From Chlorokybus atmophyticus (taxonomy: Eukaryota > Plantae > Mesostigma and Chlorokybus algae): a stretch of 64,000 nucleotides of DNA. The DNA lies in NCBI GenBank assembly GCA_009103225.1, contig RHPI01002048.1, forward strand, positions 955,906 to 1,019,905, given 5' to 3'. Shown here in pieces: positions 25,368-37,714 of this stretch. The notes under the pieces were generated by a model. That model made no database searches. It had not been told where the DNA came from and saw only the letters and a program-made list of their open reading frames with translations. The position numbers and the translations under genes were made by a program. Each line of letters starts with the position of its first letter. Within the stretch, counting starts at the first letter, position 1.

Positions 25368-26146
25368 GTCTCAGTCTATTTGCAATGAAAACACCCCACA
25401 GGCCGCTGCTGCAGCAGCATGATGCTGCGTGCACATGCGCATTTGTCGTAAACGCATATGCGTGCACCGTGCCCGCATGTGCTCGTGCGTCTACATCCAT
25501 GTTCATGCATATGCGCACCTGTTGCATGTGCGCGTCCATATGCGCGTCCAAAACACCTTGCGTGACATGGCTCGCAATTGTTGAGTGCACCTTTGGTTAT
25601 TGCATGATAAGTATGTGCCTACAAAGTGTGACGTGCAATTGCCCATGTATAATACATGCGGTAACCATGCTCAAAACATGACACGCAGGCAGCCACCACC
25701 ATCATTACACATTCACCACCGGGCTCGATAATTACGCAATGTAGCGTGCTCCCACACGACTAGTAGTGCGGCACTACTGCTAACGCCCGTACTGCGTTGA
25801 TCATGCAAGCACGCATATATGGTCTTCCGCCTGTCAAATTGCAACACTATAATGCCGGTGGCCAATGCCTGATGGAATGTGTCGTATGTAAACGATGCAT
25901 ACACATGCATATTTTCCCGTTAACTGCGCATTGAATGTGCATGCATCCACCTTAACCGTACATATACTTAAGCTCACATCATGCATATCATATGCATATA
26001 TTGTCCTTGATATGGATAGCCTGTTCACATTATAATGTATGAGACTGGTAATAGACACTAAACTCCATTATTTATTACAACGGTAATGTGATCCGAATGA
26101 CGTTATGGCAAAAGCATCGGCATCAACTTAAATGCATATTATAATG

Positions 26147-26465
26147 TGTCAAGAGGGGGGTGCTACCGCCCCCTTTAATCCCCTACCCCAACACCACCAA
26201 CCACAGCCACGTCGCCGCCGCCGCCGCTGGCAGCCAGGGGATCGAAAGATCCCCTGGCCATGGCGGTCGCTGCTAACGCCGCCATGCGGCCGATATCGAC
26301 TTGAGACTCATGTCTCAAGTCGATATCGGTGGTAAATAACATAACACCTTACTAGGGCCTATAAAGGCCATAATACGACTTTAATGGCTATGTTTATCCC
26401 CGTTGGAACCCTTATTTCTCATTATATAAGAGCGGGGAACCGCATGGCGGTAGCACTCCGTTATA
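26147..26465 (-). repeat. 3' LTR (319 bp)
   Basis: TGTCAAGAGGGGGG...CACTCCGTTATA. Differs from the right LTR by 11 single-base substitutions and two multi-base changes (hand count). Terminal CA mutated to TA. Confidence 0.95.
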
Positions 26466-26479
26466 TTCCCCCCCACTTA
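26466..26479 (-). other. Polypurine tract (PPT)
   Basis: Minus strand reads TAAGTGGGGGGGAA immediately before the left LTR. Confidence 0.85.
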
Positions 26480-26599
26480 GGTTTCAATGTCCTCATTGAA
26501 GGGTTAGCAAGGCCCCACCGTGAGCACTGAAAACCTAAGTGAGAAAAGAACCAGGGCCGAAGCGGTAAAGATGTCTGCCAGCACCCTTTCACCGTCCGC

Positions 26600-28927
26600 G
26601 TGCGGACACATCACTCCAGTACGCCCGAAGAATCTGTTGGCAGTTCATAAGATTCCTTTCGGGTTCCCACGTGTTGTGTTTAACACCATACCCTTTTCAT
26701 TTCACCAAGTAAGTCGGCGCGCGTCCGCGTCGGGGCTTACGGTGACTCAGGATTGTTTCCACCTCATACTCGAAAGTATCATCGCCATTCACTGCGATTG
26801 GGGGTGGAGGAGGTTGAACCCAACCGTCTGAACGGTACGGTTTCAGTACACTCACACATGAAACACATTATGTATACGTATGGAATGTGGTAACTCCACA
26901 CGATACGCGTGAGTGCCGACCCGATCAACTACTTTGAAGGGGCTTATCCAGCGAGGGAAAAATTTTGCGCTGCCTTAGTGGTCTTGCGATTATCAAAGTG
27001 CCCAGCAAAAGGTGGATCGTGTACATCCGCTATGCATTTTACACGTTCAGCATGATCAGGGATCGCCAAACTGGTGCTCATGTAATACAGATTGTCACGG
27101 TTATCAAACTTTTGTAAGTTGTCTGCATTCGAAACCATGGGTCCAAAGTGTACCCCTGTACAACAGTTTGCACAAACTCATCATCGGGAGACAATGTGCT
27201 GCGTGTCGCGAGTAATTGCGCGCGCATTACCGCCAGTATTGACGGGCAGCGATTTAAAGGGTCAGCCACGTTGGTTCTGCCCGGCCGATACACCCAATCA
27301 AAGGTGAACCTGGACAAAAACTCATTCCAGCGCGCTTGCCGTCTTGACAAGTTTTGCTGTGTTGAGAAATACACCAACGGGTTGTGATCAGTCACAACAG
27401 TGAACTGAACACCCTCTAAGTAACATCTCCATGTCTCGAGAGCATGAACTATACCCAATAGTTCTTGCTCTGTCGTAGTGTAGTTTACCTTTGCAGGAAT
27501 GAACTTCCTACTCTCATAAGCACAAGGTCTACCATCTTGCAGTAGTACCGCACCACACCCAAGTGTGGATGCGTCACTGACCACTGTGAAGTATTTGTCC
27601 AATTGGGCAGTGCTAACACCGGCGCCGATGTTAAAGCCAACTTCACCTTTTGCATAGCAGCTTCTTGTGCTGTTGTCCAAGTGAACGGGGCATCTTTACG
27701 CAACAGTTTGGTTAAGGCATGACAACTGTCGAGTACCCCATCATGAACTTGCAAAAATAGTTTGCCAACCCGAGAAACGACCTTAGTTGATGGATATTCT
27801 GAGGTTGGGGCCACTCTTTCACAATCTGCGATTTGCGAGGGTCAGGTTTGATACCCGCACCACTCACAATGTGACCAAGAAAGGGCAACTCCGTTTTACA
27901 AAAATCACACTTGACGAGATTTGCCAACAAATGATGCTTGCGCAATCTTGCCAACACCGCTTCTAAGTGTTGCCTATTTCTTCCTTTGTTCTACGAAGAC
28001 AACGATGTCATCCAAATATATCATGACATGTTGATCAAGCACGTCACCAAAAATTATATTCATTTCCTTCTGAAACACAGCGGATGCATTAGTCAATCCA
28101 AAAGGTAACACATTGTATTGATAATGGCCCGTAGGTGTCCTGAATGCTGTCTTATAGACATCCGAGGATGAATCCGGATTTGATGATAGCCGCTTGTCAA
28201 GACTAGCTTACTAAAGTACGCATTCCCTGACAACTTGTCAACACATTATTAATCCTTGGGTACGGGTGTCTGTTCATTACCGTGATCTAGTTTAGAGCAC
28301 AGTAATCCACACACATGCGCAATCTCCCATTCTTTTTCATAACAAACAATAAGGGTGCGCCAAAGGGTGAAGAACTTGGTTCAATCAATCCCTTTCCCAA
28401 TAAAACTTTTATCTGTGTTTCCATTTCCCCCCTATCATGAGGGCTCAAGCTATATATAGGTCGAAATGGAGGCTCACTATCAGGAATTAAAGGTATTGTG
28501 TGTCCGACACCTCAATCAGGGGGCAAGCCCGGCAACTCATCTGCGAACACATCCTGAGATTTCTCAATGATATCCGCCACACCTTCTGTATTGCCAGGCA
28601 CTACATCATCACTCAACGTTAAGTGCATGAGAAAAGCAGGTGTGTTTTTACGTAACGCACGCTTCACTTGAAGCGCCGTAAGTAACGCAGGGTCTGTTTG
28701 CTTGTATTCCAAGCTATGCGACCCCTGCACGGACAAAGTGATGCGCTTACGCCCTTTCTTTACTGTGCACAGCCGTGCAGCAGTATTTAATAGCATAGAC
28801 ACTTGATTCTGCCATTCTTGGCCAAATACCACATCAACACCAACTATGTGGGTACTACGATGAAAGTTAGATTGGCTTGATAATTACCAATTTTAACTTT
28901 CAACTTGATTTCACCTTTTACCGATAA
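26600..28927 (-). pseudogene. pol: Retrotransposon pol remnant: end of protease, RT, RNase H, integrase zinc-binding start, GPF/Y-type region and chromodomain
   Basis: LIEPSSSPFGAPLLFV and [10 protein letters not shown] (RT); VSDASTLGCGAVLLQ...YTTTEQELLGIVHAL...VVTDHNPL (RNase H); HDPPFAGH; PRWISPFKVV...HNVFHVSVLKPY; EYEVETILSHR...YLVK*KGYG...NTWEPERNL (chromodomain, 26613-26771). Multiple frameshifts and stops. Confidence 0.93.
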
Positions 28928-28929
28928 TT

Positions 28930-28941
28930 TGGTATCGGAGC
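28930..28941 (+). other. Primer-binding site (initiator tRNA-Met type), displaced from its LTR
   Basis: TGGTATCGGAGC, one mismatch from the canonical TGGTATCAGAGC. It lies upstream of gag on the plus strand but has no LTR in front of it. Confidence 0.8.
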
Positions 28942-29150
28942 GAGGGCGTGGGGGCATGGGGGGGCGGCGGCGGCGGCGGGGCGCAGAGGCGGCAGTCGGC
29001 ACTACTCAGTGCCGACATCAGGCCGGCGGACCAACAGCGGCGGCAGCGGCGGCAACTAGCAGCCGCTACCCACTAGGGTGGGTAGTGGTAGTTGTTAGCC
29101 AGTTGTTGTTGTTGTATAGTTGTATAATTGTATAGTTGCTGCTGTTGGTG

Positions 29151-29218
29151 TAGCCTAGCCTAGCCTTGCCTTGCCTTGCTTGCTTAGCCTAGCCTAGCTT
29201 TTCTGGCCTAGCCTAGCT
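29151..29218 (+). repeat. TAGCC/TTGCC pentamer tandem array in the retroelement leader
   Basis: TAGCC TAGCC TAGCC TTGCC TTGCC TTGCT TGCT TAGCC TAGCC..., read directly. Confidence 0.8.
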
Positions 29219-29830
29219 TGTTAGTGTGAAGGGGAGGCGGCCACTCAGGCAGCCTCACCTCAAACATTGTATCTCAGCACATCACTTGTAATTAAGTCAC
29301 ATATTACTTGTGATTGTGCTCGTGGGGCTGCCACCACGTGGATTCGTGGTGGTGTAAGGGAGGGTTGTGGTTGTTTACACTTCTCCCACCCCAAGAAAGC
29401 AGTTTAACGCCAACTTGGGCTGTTTTGGCCGCCATTCAGTGCAGTAGGGCCGCCAGATTCATTCTGGTCGATTGATATTAAACCCTCGACTCACGACTTG
29501 TTGATATCGGCCTGTAGGGCTGATTCAACGAGAGTTTGGCACCTTTTGTGTCATTTACAATTGTGAGTCGAGTAGGGTTGTACAACTCAAAGTGAAAACT
29601 TTAAGTCGTTGTAGCTTGCGAACCGTTGCGTGGATTCGCGCGCGGGTTGTTCACAAGCGAGTGTCTTGTTGAGAGGTGTTGGGCAGTCATGTTACGAGCT
29701 GTTTAACCCAAGTATAGCACCTTGAAATCAACGAGAAAGAAACAAAATTTGACACTTTCAAAGTGCACAACTCGTGTGCTTGTGCACTCGTGCACTTGCA
29801 AACTTCTTGACGGCTTGTCTCCTTGGGCAG

Positions 29831-31279
29831 ATGTCTCACCAAGGAGAGGAAGGAGGGATGTATCCCGAACCTGAGGATTCATCCTATGAGCCATCAAGTG
29901 ATGAGGAAGTGAAGCACTTGGAAACGAGTGGTGGTTACAGTGTCAGTGAGGAGGAAGAAGCCAAGTCCAAGAGTGGTGAAGCTTTTTCAAAAAAGTCCTC
30001 TCATGATGACCAATCTATGGACGCTCAGAGCATCATCGGGGCGGCCATAGCGAAGTACGCATCAGAGCGCAAAGCTCTTCTTGCTGCACACCCCCAGCTT
30101 CGCAAGGAAGTGTGGGATGAGTGGGCGCAGCAAATCCGTAACGCATATGAGACGGACTTCGCGGCACTCCCACGCGCAAGCAAGGAGATGGTGATTTGCA
30201 TGCTCGAGCACAAGTTGACGCGTAGTGTACCGCAACTTATGCGCACAGATCCGGCAGTGGCCACTCTTATGGCTACTTATGACAAACCAGGCCCGTATCC
30301 AGGCCAGAGGATGGCGTTCGAGGCTCTCACCTTATTGACGGTGGAAACTCAGAAGCGCTGCAAGGACCTCTTCTGGTACTTAGCGCATGAGCTGGAGGAG
30401 AAGTTTGCTCGAGAAGAGCGCTTGACTGCACGCCTCGATGCTATGCAGTCCGAGTTGATGGCATTACGCCAGCATGTGGCAGGGGCTACTACTATCGTAG
30501 TAGGGACATCAGTTGGCCTACCCGTCACAGCGCTGAACAAGCCTGAGAAGTTCAAGCCCAATGCGGCTGTGAACATTCAGGATTGGGTGGTGAATTTAAA
30601 GCGCTACTTGGCTGCACTTCAGCGACCAGTTAGTGAGCATACATCTGTTGCTGAGTTGCTCATGCCATCTGACGCTTTGGCCGAGTGCGCGCGTCAAACG
30701 GAGGATGGTGCTTCCAAGACTGTGGAGGCATTGCTTTCAGTTCTTGGTGGAGCGCTATGGTGGCATGGACCCGGCTACTGCTGCTCGCAATAAGCTTACC
30801 AAGCTGCGACAGAATGGTTGGGCGGCTTCAGTGTAATTGCAGAAGTTTCAGGCACTTGTTGGCCGTGTCAACAGTGGGCTCATGCCCATGGACAAGGCTG
30901 AGCAGTTTGACCTGTACAAGCGCGGCTTGGATGCGCGCATGCACGACCAGTTGCAGTACAATACATCGACGGGTCAACCGTGGGTTCCCGCGGACCTGGC
31001 AACCTTGCAAAGGTTGAGTGTGTATCTGTTCAATGACGATGCTGCGGCTGTGCAGGACAAGTCACACAGGTGGTGGCTTTAGTCAAGCCACATGGGGGAG
31101 GGGGAAAGCGGTTCCCTCCACCAAGTGCGCATGCGGCGAAAAAGGCAAAAATCTCATACGCACCTGCGAGTGGTGCTACGCCTATTGCAGCACGCGCCTG
31201 CTACGTGTGCCATCAGCCAGGTCACATTGCAAAGAACTGCCCAACCAAGGGAAAGGGCAAGGCCAAGAAGGTTGAATAA
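29831..31279 (+). pseudogene. gag: Retrotransposon gag, disrupted, with CCHC zinc knuckle
   Basis: KPEKFKPNAAVNIQDWVVNLKRYL; ERYGGMDPATAARNKLTKLRQ; CYVCHQPGHIAKNC (CX2CX4HX4C). Split over several ORF-track entries by frameshifts and stops. Confidence 0.88.
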
Positions 31280-31996
31280 GATTACGTCGTGACTGATGTA
31301 CCTTCATCTAGTGGCCAGTTGCTAGTGTTACATGCAGCAAGCTGGTTTGATGAATTGTCTCGTGTACATGAAATGACACATGCATGGCAAGCACATGATA
31401 AGTTGCCACTTTTTGATAGTGAAAAAGTGGTTGGCCAGGCTTGTGTGCTAGTGCATGTAGAATCTAACATGCTAACAGAAGTTTCGCGCACATTGTGTGA
31501 GTTACAAAATAAACACACGACACTGAGTGTGGTTGTCATGGTGCCGAAGTATCATGGACCGTGGCTAAAGCATACTCGGGCGGGGGGATTGTGTTGAAAC
31601 AATTCACAAAGCGTGAGACGGGGACAGTGCGGTTGTCAGCAATATTGATTAACCCGCACATCAGTCACGGAATCTTGGCTACCTTTCAAGGGCGAGTAGT
31701 ACCTTTATTGTGGACCTTCACAGGCACGGCACAAAGTATTACTAGCTCGTTCTTGGTTGACACCGGGGCAACGCATAACTTCGTCGAAGAAAAATGGGTT
31801 ATGCGCAATAAGAATAAGATAGCGTGTAAACCCTCAGCATTCTCAGCTACTGGTGCTGGGGGTACGTTATCGTTGAAAGGTGAAATCAAGTGGAAAGTTA
31901 TGATTGGTAGTTATCAAGCCAAATTGACTTTCATCGTAGTACCCATTTACATAGTTGGTGTTGATGTGGTATTTGGCCAAGAATGGCAGAATCAAA
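31280..31996 (+). pseudogene. Unassigned domain followed by retroviral-type aspartic protease, truncated at the right LTR
   Basis: FLVDTGATHNFV...DVVFGQEWQNQ is the protease. It is preceded by more than 100 codons of unassigned sequence (...SVVVMVPKYHGPWLKHT...VLKQFTK) with a frameshift in a G-run near 31580-31590. Confidence 0.8.
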
Positions 31997-32321
31997 TGTC
32001 AAGAGGGGGGTGCTACCGCCCCCTTTAATCCCCTACTCCAACACCACCAACCACAGCCACGTCGCCGCCGCCGCCGCTGGCAGCCAGGGGATCGAAAGAT
32101 CCCCTGGCTGCCAGCGGTCGCTGCGTTAGCAGCGCCGCCATGCGGCCGATATCGACTTGAGACTCATGTCTCAAGTCGATATCGGTGTTAAATAACATAA
32201 CACCTTATTATGGCCTATAAAGGCCCTAATACGACTTTAATGGCTGTGTTTATCCCCGTTGGAACCCTTATTTCTCATTAGAAAAGGGCGGGGAACCGCA
32301 TAGCGGTAGCACTCCGTTACA
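31997..32321 (-). repeat. 5' LTR (325 bp)
   Basis: TG...CA termini, direct repeat of 26147-26465, followed by the TSD TAATG. Confidence 0.95.
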
Positions 32322-32884
32322 TAATGTCATAAGTACATGTATTTTGTAAAATGCGGCCGTGCAAAACTTACACACCAAGTGTATAACAACGAGAAATAGT
32401 AATGCAGTTCAAAGCAAAAATGAGGTGCAGGCGCATAGTGTGCGCCGCACACGCATGTGACTTGCTTGTTGCGTATATCACTTGCATGTTCCGTACACTG
32501 CGCAGATCAACATTTTAACTCATTTTTCCTAACATGCATGCACAATTGGCATGCACCCACATTCATAGCAGAACTTAATCATTAACAGCTTGCGATGTTG
32601 AAAATGCTTGAAATTCTACAGGTTAACAGTCAATTCGGTGTTAACCATTCCATGCCATGCGAAAGTTTCAGCATTTGTGGTTTAGCCCAGCTGCATTCTC
32701 GTGATGTGGAGCCGCGTTAATGAAATGGCACTTTCTGCCTGTATGCCGCTGCCACTACATACAACAGCTTGTACTGCGCTCTTAGCAACGGTTCTCGAGC
32801 AGCGTTACACAGGAACCTTTTCCCTCGCTCTGGCCTGGCGGACCACCAGGCCCACCACACTGACCAGCGGTGGTTGGCCGGCCC

Positions 32885-34326
<1,442 letters not shown>

Positions 34327-35274
34327 AAAACCCCACCCTCAGACTACATTACCACACTACCACTAGTCCACATACCGCCGCCACTACTACTATCAACGCT
34401 TGTCTTACCCGCCTACCCCTGAGCTAAGAAGCTGCGTGTGCAAAGAACAGAAAAGACAGCGAATACTCTCCTCAGCTCAGAAGTTCACATCAACTTCTGT
34501 ATGCAGCATTAGGCATCTCTCATATCAGGCATGGCCGCTGGTTGCAAAACCAGAAGCAGACACACAACATGCTCTTGCGGCAAACTGTCACATCGCGTGC
34601 ACATCACCTTCACTATTCTCATGCTCTACTGAGAAACACTACGCACTTGGGAAGCTGGTAGGATGGGGAATGTTGAAGCAATGACATCTGCATGACTCAG
34701 TGCGCCACTGAGCCACGCAAATGCAGTGCGTTAGACAGCCACATTCAACTTCGACACTTGTAAAAAGAGTGCAAGTGCAGAACTCGTGCGGCAGTCTAGA
34801 GATACAATCTACTTGCCATCTGTAACGAGTCACTTGTGTGTGCAGTGTGCCAATTCCATACTCGTGCACAGTGATTGTCTGCAGAGACGGCAGCCATACA
34901 CCAACACTACAATCATGCCTCTGCAGTGCATCGTGCCGACTCACTGCAGTTTTGCAAGACCACTGCAGCACAATTGTCACTCGCTGTGGCAGCAAGCGCA
35001 CTACAACAGAAGTAGTGTCGCCGCGACAGTAGTGCTGGCTGTTGCTGTTGAGAAAGCGCAGCTCAACACCTTCCCAGCAGCCAGTCTGACCATGGTAAGT
35101 TACACCGCACCCCAGGCCAGTCAGGGTTCATAGCATCAGTCCGTGCATGACAGACTCTGCCTTGAGAGCCAATGAAGTATCCGTGGTGCCGTCAAGCCAG
35201 CCAGACAGACAAAGCATTGAGAGAGACGACTGTGCAGTCAGCGGGTTGCATGCGCATTGGGGGGCTAAACCAGG

Positions 35275-37714
35275 ATGGCGGTCGGGGCGGCGGCGGCGGC
35301 GGCGATTGCGGGTGTCCGTGTGCTCGCGTACGCATGCGGTTTGCAGGGCGGCGCTGGCCGGCACGGGCCTTGGGCGCATGCCGGCGCAAGGCAGTCGGCG
35401 CTGAAGCACTCCCGCAGAAACAGGAGCAGAAGCGGCCTTGTGTCTGATTGCCGGGGAGCCAGCCAGCGGCCGGCTAACTCCTCCTCCTCCTCCCTTCCCT
35501 TTTCCTGCTCCGGCTGCTGGTTGCAGGGAGCTGCCTTGAACATCAGGAGGAAGGTTGGCAACATTGCTTTCAGCAAAGCTGGCAGTGCATGCTTCCGCTG
35601 CATGCTGAGTCTAGGTTGAATACTACTTCGACAGTTGTTACCGCTGCTGCCACTGTGCCGTCGTTAGTTGTATTGCACGTAACCAAGCCGTCAAACAGTA
35701 CGTACTTTGCACACGGCGTTTCCTCGTATTCACAGCAATCGTTGAGTGAGAAGGTTGGAGAAGCATTTGCTCTCGGTCCTGGTGTTGCACAGTCCATGGG
35801 TCATGACTTGTGTACGCATACGTTGGGAGGGGTATTGTTGTATCTTTTTTGCGGTCGGTAACGGGCCCTTGTCTTGTTACAGCCAGCAAACATGACACGA
35901 AGAGGGCATGCGTGAACACACACACATACACGCATGCACGTACACCCATGCACTGGTCACCTTACTGTTGGGCCTGCCCCAACCTGTTGCATTGTACACG
36001 CAGGACGTACGTCTCCACCAACGCAAGCATCCACAAGGGCGCGCAGCTGTGCTGGCAGCTATAACGGCGGGGGCCATGTTCTCGAGCAGCGTAAGCGCGT
36101 CGCTGATCAGCCCCGCGGACACGTGGGGCGTGTGGGCCGCTCTCCTCGCCGCCTCTGCCACTGGCCTCTGGTGCGGTATGTACACAACAGTGCATAAGAC
36201 ACTATGCTGGGCTCACAGAGTCTCGCATGCATGCCATTGATATGTTGGGGTTGTTGCGGGTTGACACGAAGCGTTTGTTCATGTGCGTGTATGCTCTGCA
36301 GGTCTGAGAAGACCGAGTGGGGCCGCAGGCTAAGCGGCCCGCTTGTGAGCACGCTCGCGGGTTTGGTGTTGAGCAATGTTGGCATCGCACCAAGCAGTGT
36401 AAGAAGAAGACACAACAATCTCGTGGGTTGATGGTCGTGTATTGAGCATCAGGACCAGGTCAACACAGCTTGAGTTGTGGTTGCATGTCCAGGCCAGTGC
36501 GTATAAGGTTGTGAACAAGTTCATTCTGCCGTTGGCGGTGCCGCTGTTGCTTTTCTCAGCGGACTTGCGGCGGGTTCTGCGAGAAACCGGCCGGCTGCTG
36601 CTCGCCTTCGTCCTCGGCTCATGTAAGCAAGACAGTTTGTCCACTTTGCTTGTGCCTCTCCCCAAGGACGGTACTGAACCAAGAAATGGTGTGTTGTGCG
36701 CAGTTGCAACGCTGGCGGGCACACTCACCGCCCTGAAGCTCCTGCCGCTGCGCAGCTTAGGCGAGGATGGTTGGAAGGTCGCGTCAGCACTTATGGCCCG
36801 TCACATTGGCGGAGGTATGCATGTGTATGTGTGGTTCACCTATCTAGCTAACAAGCTGACTATCTGTCCACGTGCCAACTTGTATCAACGTCTGTAAAGG
36901 CACGCTTTTTGAGCAAGTCATGTGAACGCCTTCACGAGTGAAGTGGGTCTCAACGTGTGTTCCATTTGCAGCCATCAACTATGTGGCGGTGGCGGATTCA
37001 TTGGCGCTCAGTCCTTCGGTGCAAGCTGCCGGCTTGGCGGCCGACAACCTGGCGTGTGCGCTGTACTTTGCTACCATCTTCTCCATCCCGCTGCTCTCCA
37101 GCGACCCTTCAAGCAGGAATACGCCCAACACAAACAACACAACACAACAACTGGACACACCCATCATTGACGAAGCACTCGCCGCTGTAACCCCACTGGA
37201 CTTGTCCAAGTCTTTGGCAGCTGCAGCGCTGTTTTGCGTGGCAGGCGTGCGGTTGGCCGCAGCACTGAACTATCGCGGCGGCGACATCCCTTGCATCACC
37301 GCCATCACCGTCGCGCTCGCAACACTCATTCCAAAGGAGCTCTCACGGCTCTCTCCCGCAGGAGACTTGCTGTCGACTGTTCTCATGCATGTGTTCTTCG
37401 TGACTGTCGGCATGGAGGGCAGCATTGCCAACGTCATCAACACGGCCCCTGCGTTATTTCTGTGGTGCGTGCTGCAGATAGGCGTGCATCTCGCGGTGAT
37501 TATGGGCGTCGGAGAGCGGCTCGGCTTCCATCGCAGCGAGCTTCTCATGGCTAGCAATGCCAACGTCGGCGGCCCGACAACTGCGGCGGGCATGGCCTCC
37601 GCCAAAGGCTGGAGAACGCTGGTCATGCCCGGGATACTCGCTGGCATACTTGGGTATGCGGTGGCGACTTTCGTGTCAATAGCAATTGGCTTTGTACTGT
37701 TGAGACGGATGTAA
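35275..37714 (+). CDS. DUF819 (YjcL-like) multi-pass membrane protein with a probable organellar targeting peptide
   Basis: LISPADTWGVWAALL; SEKTEWGRRLSGPLVSTLAGLVLSNVG; ILPLAVPLLLFSADLRRV; IGGAINYVAV; ASNANVGGPTTAAGMASAKGW are DUF819-typical. Stop TAA 37712-37714. N-terminal exons are uncertain. Confidence 0.88.

Larger units (their letters stand above)
26147..32321 (-). mobile_element. Ty3/Gypsy chromovirus LTR retrotransposon, decayed, with an internal inversion
   Basis: Direct-repeat LTRs at 26147-26465 and 31997-32321; 5-bp TSD TAATG at 26142-26146 and 32322-32326; PPT next to the left LTR on the minus strand; RT (YLDD 28007-28018), RNase H, integrase remnants and chromodomain on minus; gag and protease on plus. 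Confidence 0.95.

Noticed and set aside
25380-26140. AT-richer, ATGCAT-rich flank (continuing at 32327-32700) as an older host transposon
   Set aside because: No terminal repeats, TSD or coding remnants could be identified by eye.
26290-26329. CRISPR-like palindromic repeat
   Set aside because: Only two copies exist, one per LTR, with no repeat-spacer array and no cas genes. The context is eukaryotic.
26147-26465. Hammerhead ribozyme (retrozyme-like) in the LTR, suggested by GAAA and strong stems
   Set aside because: I found no CTGANGA core on either strand, and the GAAA is a closed hairpin loop rather than a junction strand.
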